NCBI GenBank assembly: GCA_964016885.1
Contig: OZ024743.1
Coordinates: forward strand, 194,432,001 to 194,496,000
Length of the DNA stretch: 64,000 nt
Source: Eledone cirrhosa
Lineage: Eukaryota
Direction: 5' to 3'
Positions 61,953 to 64,000 of the stretch are shown in pieces. The notes under the pieces were generated by a model, which was not told where the DNA came from, did not search any database, and saw only the letters and a list, made by a program, of their open reading frames with translations. The stretch's first letter is position 1. Each line of letters begins with the position of its first letter. The position numbers and the translations under genes were made by a program.

Positions 61953-63043
61953 ATAATATATTGGTTTCTGATTCAGTGATATAGCCAAGGTTTGCAAATA
62001 AAGTAATATAATCGGTCATATATGCCGCATTTCAGCAGCGTCTACCTTGTGATGACGGCGTGAGAGCTGCGAATCTGTAGCCAGCTTCTGAATAATGGTC
62101 GTACCGACGACGTCAATTTTTTCTCGATCAGAATTATGAACATACAGCATCATATAGATTAGCATAGCTGCTTTTGTCCATGATCCCCGATCATCTGCAA
62201 TGAGGATGGGAAGAAACCCGACTATATGTCACATTAAATTTACAATATTCATAACAGCATTAATAATCGTTATACAACGAAGGAAATAAAACGTGCATGA
62301 AGAAACTTAAAACTTAGAGAATTGAATTAAATACTGAAATGTATTTAAATTAATTTTCTACGGTTTCTGTTACACCACTACATCTGGTGAAATAGAATGA
62401 AATAGTGTGCGATCAGCTCAAAATCCTCGCTGGTGTAAGAGAAGAAAACTAGCAGGTGATTGAATCAGTGTGAATATGTCGGTTATTCTGTATTTCATGT
62501 AAATATATTAACTAATTTAATATATCTGAACGTTTACTATTGTATAATTGCAGAGTTAGAATCAGAGCCAATGCAGTTTATCCCAGGTGTGATTATTGCT
62601 AGGTGAAATCTATCGATACAATTTTATAAGTATACAAGACATTTCAATAAGAACCTCTCTGTAATATATAAACTGCTTAACCTCAGGTTTCCTCGAGATT
62701 TAAAAAGCATGAATTATGTTAATCTACCATAGACTTACATCTTAGAAATTTTGTTTGCGTTTGACCTTCATAAAACTACATGTAGCTTTTGCCATGGATA
62801 ATCTTTTCTACTATTTTTCTGTGCCATAAGGATACATTTTATTGAATACCATGGCTACATAAAAAAACACCGAATTCGAGCCAACGATGCCGAACAAACC
62901 AACAAACACATCTGATAGTATGATCCTCGGTCCCCTGCACAATGTTTTACTTATGTACTGGGAACAGAGGATGATCGCCGCTAAATACATGAGAACATAC
63001 ATCGGTTATCTCTGGGCTGAACTGGGACGAAACATCAACAAAA

Positions 63044-63445
63044 ACACGACTACAACGATGACGATGACGACGACAGCGACGACGGCGACGACGACCATCA
63101 CCACGCCATTACAACCACCACCGTCACAACCACCACAACACCAACAAACCACAACCACCATTTCCACCACCATCACAACCCCAACCAACACCTTCACCAC
63201 CAAAAACACCACTTGCACAACCACCACCACCGCCACCACCACAATACCAACAATAACACACCACCACCACAACCATCACAACCATCACAACCTTCACAAC
63301 CACCAATATCACCACCACAACAACCTTCACCCCCACCCCAACAACAACAATAACAAAACAACAGCAAGTACAAAAACAGTAACGACAACAACAGGTACAA
63401 CTACAACAACTATAAAAACATCAAGAACAAAAAAACAATGCTGAC
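63044..63445 (+). repeat. (ACC/AAC/ACG)-rich low-complexity tract
   Basis: Seen directly. Confidence 0.85.
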
Positions 63446-63580
63446 AAAAGCAGCAACAATCAGAAGAATTGGAAACGTTATCCATATAGAATGTAACTTT
63501 CAATATATTTCAACTAAATAGTTCAATTGAAAAGTGAGCATATTTAATATTCCATATGATTACATTAATATTCAGCTCTT

Positions 63581-63629
<49 letters not shown>

Positions 63630-63665
63630 TATAAATATTAATAAAATAGATGTTCTTTTGATCAA

Positions 63666-63718
63666 TTACATTTTATTATACATATTTCGGATGTACGTCC
63701 TCATCAGACCAAATGTAA
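63666..63718 (-). ncRNA. Minimal type I hammerhead ribozyme
   Basis: Minus strand: TTACATTTGGT-CTGATGA-GGA-CGTACA-TCC-GAAA-TATGTA-TA-ATAAAATGTAA. Stem I pairs at 10 of 11 positions. Confidence 0.72.
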
Positions 63719-64000
63719 TGATACATGACATACCCTGAGATGTTAAATGGTTAAGATTTTTTTTTTAATCAAGGTAGTGATTAACCTAAGAGAAAATTTA
63801 ACATTTATACCCTAATAATGAGAAAATGCGAGAATGTGTGAGTAAGAAAAACGTTGCTTAATGTACCAGTTTTTTAATATGAGATTTTAATATGTATGAT
63901 ACTATAATTGATATATATATTTATTAAATATATATATATATATATATATTTATTAAAATAACAGATTAAAGTTTAAGCAAAGAATTGCTGCTTTCACCCT

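Overview
AT-rich, microsatellite-laden animal DNA. Its repeat landscape (tRNA-SINEs, TA/CA runs, Tx1, R4/Dong, Penelope) suggests an octopus or other coleoid cephalopod, which is an inference. No host protein-coding gene could be recognised with confidence. Bases 1-6.4 kb hold a nested retrotransposon cluster on (ATT)n: the 3' end of one Tx1/L1-like element, a decayed near-full-length Tx1-like element, and a 5'-truncated R4/Dong-like element. Bases 12.5-16.4 kb hold a 5'-truncated Penelope-like element (PLE; RT C-terminus plus GIY-YIG) with inverted pseudo-LTRs. About 15 tRNA-SINE copies and RTE and Vingi-like fragments are scattered through the window. Bases 36.9-55.2 kb are two abutting arrays: a ~123-bp Thr-codon repeat giving a 9-kb stop-free frame, and a 42-bp minisatellite. 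The most notable unannotated signal is a set of hammerhead ribozyme (HHR) motifs from at least six sequence-unrelated short elements, most inserted in (TA)n. These have tandem or inverted architecture, several share a 3' motif (AYTGAGTDCT), and one is a candidate non-circularly permuted hammerhead.
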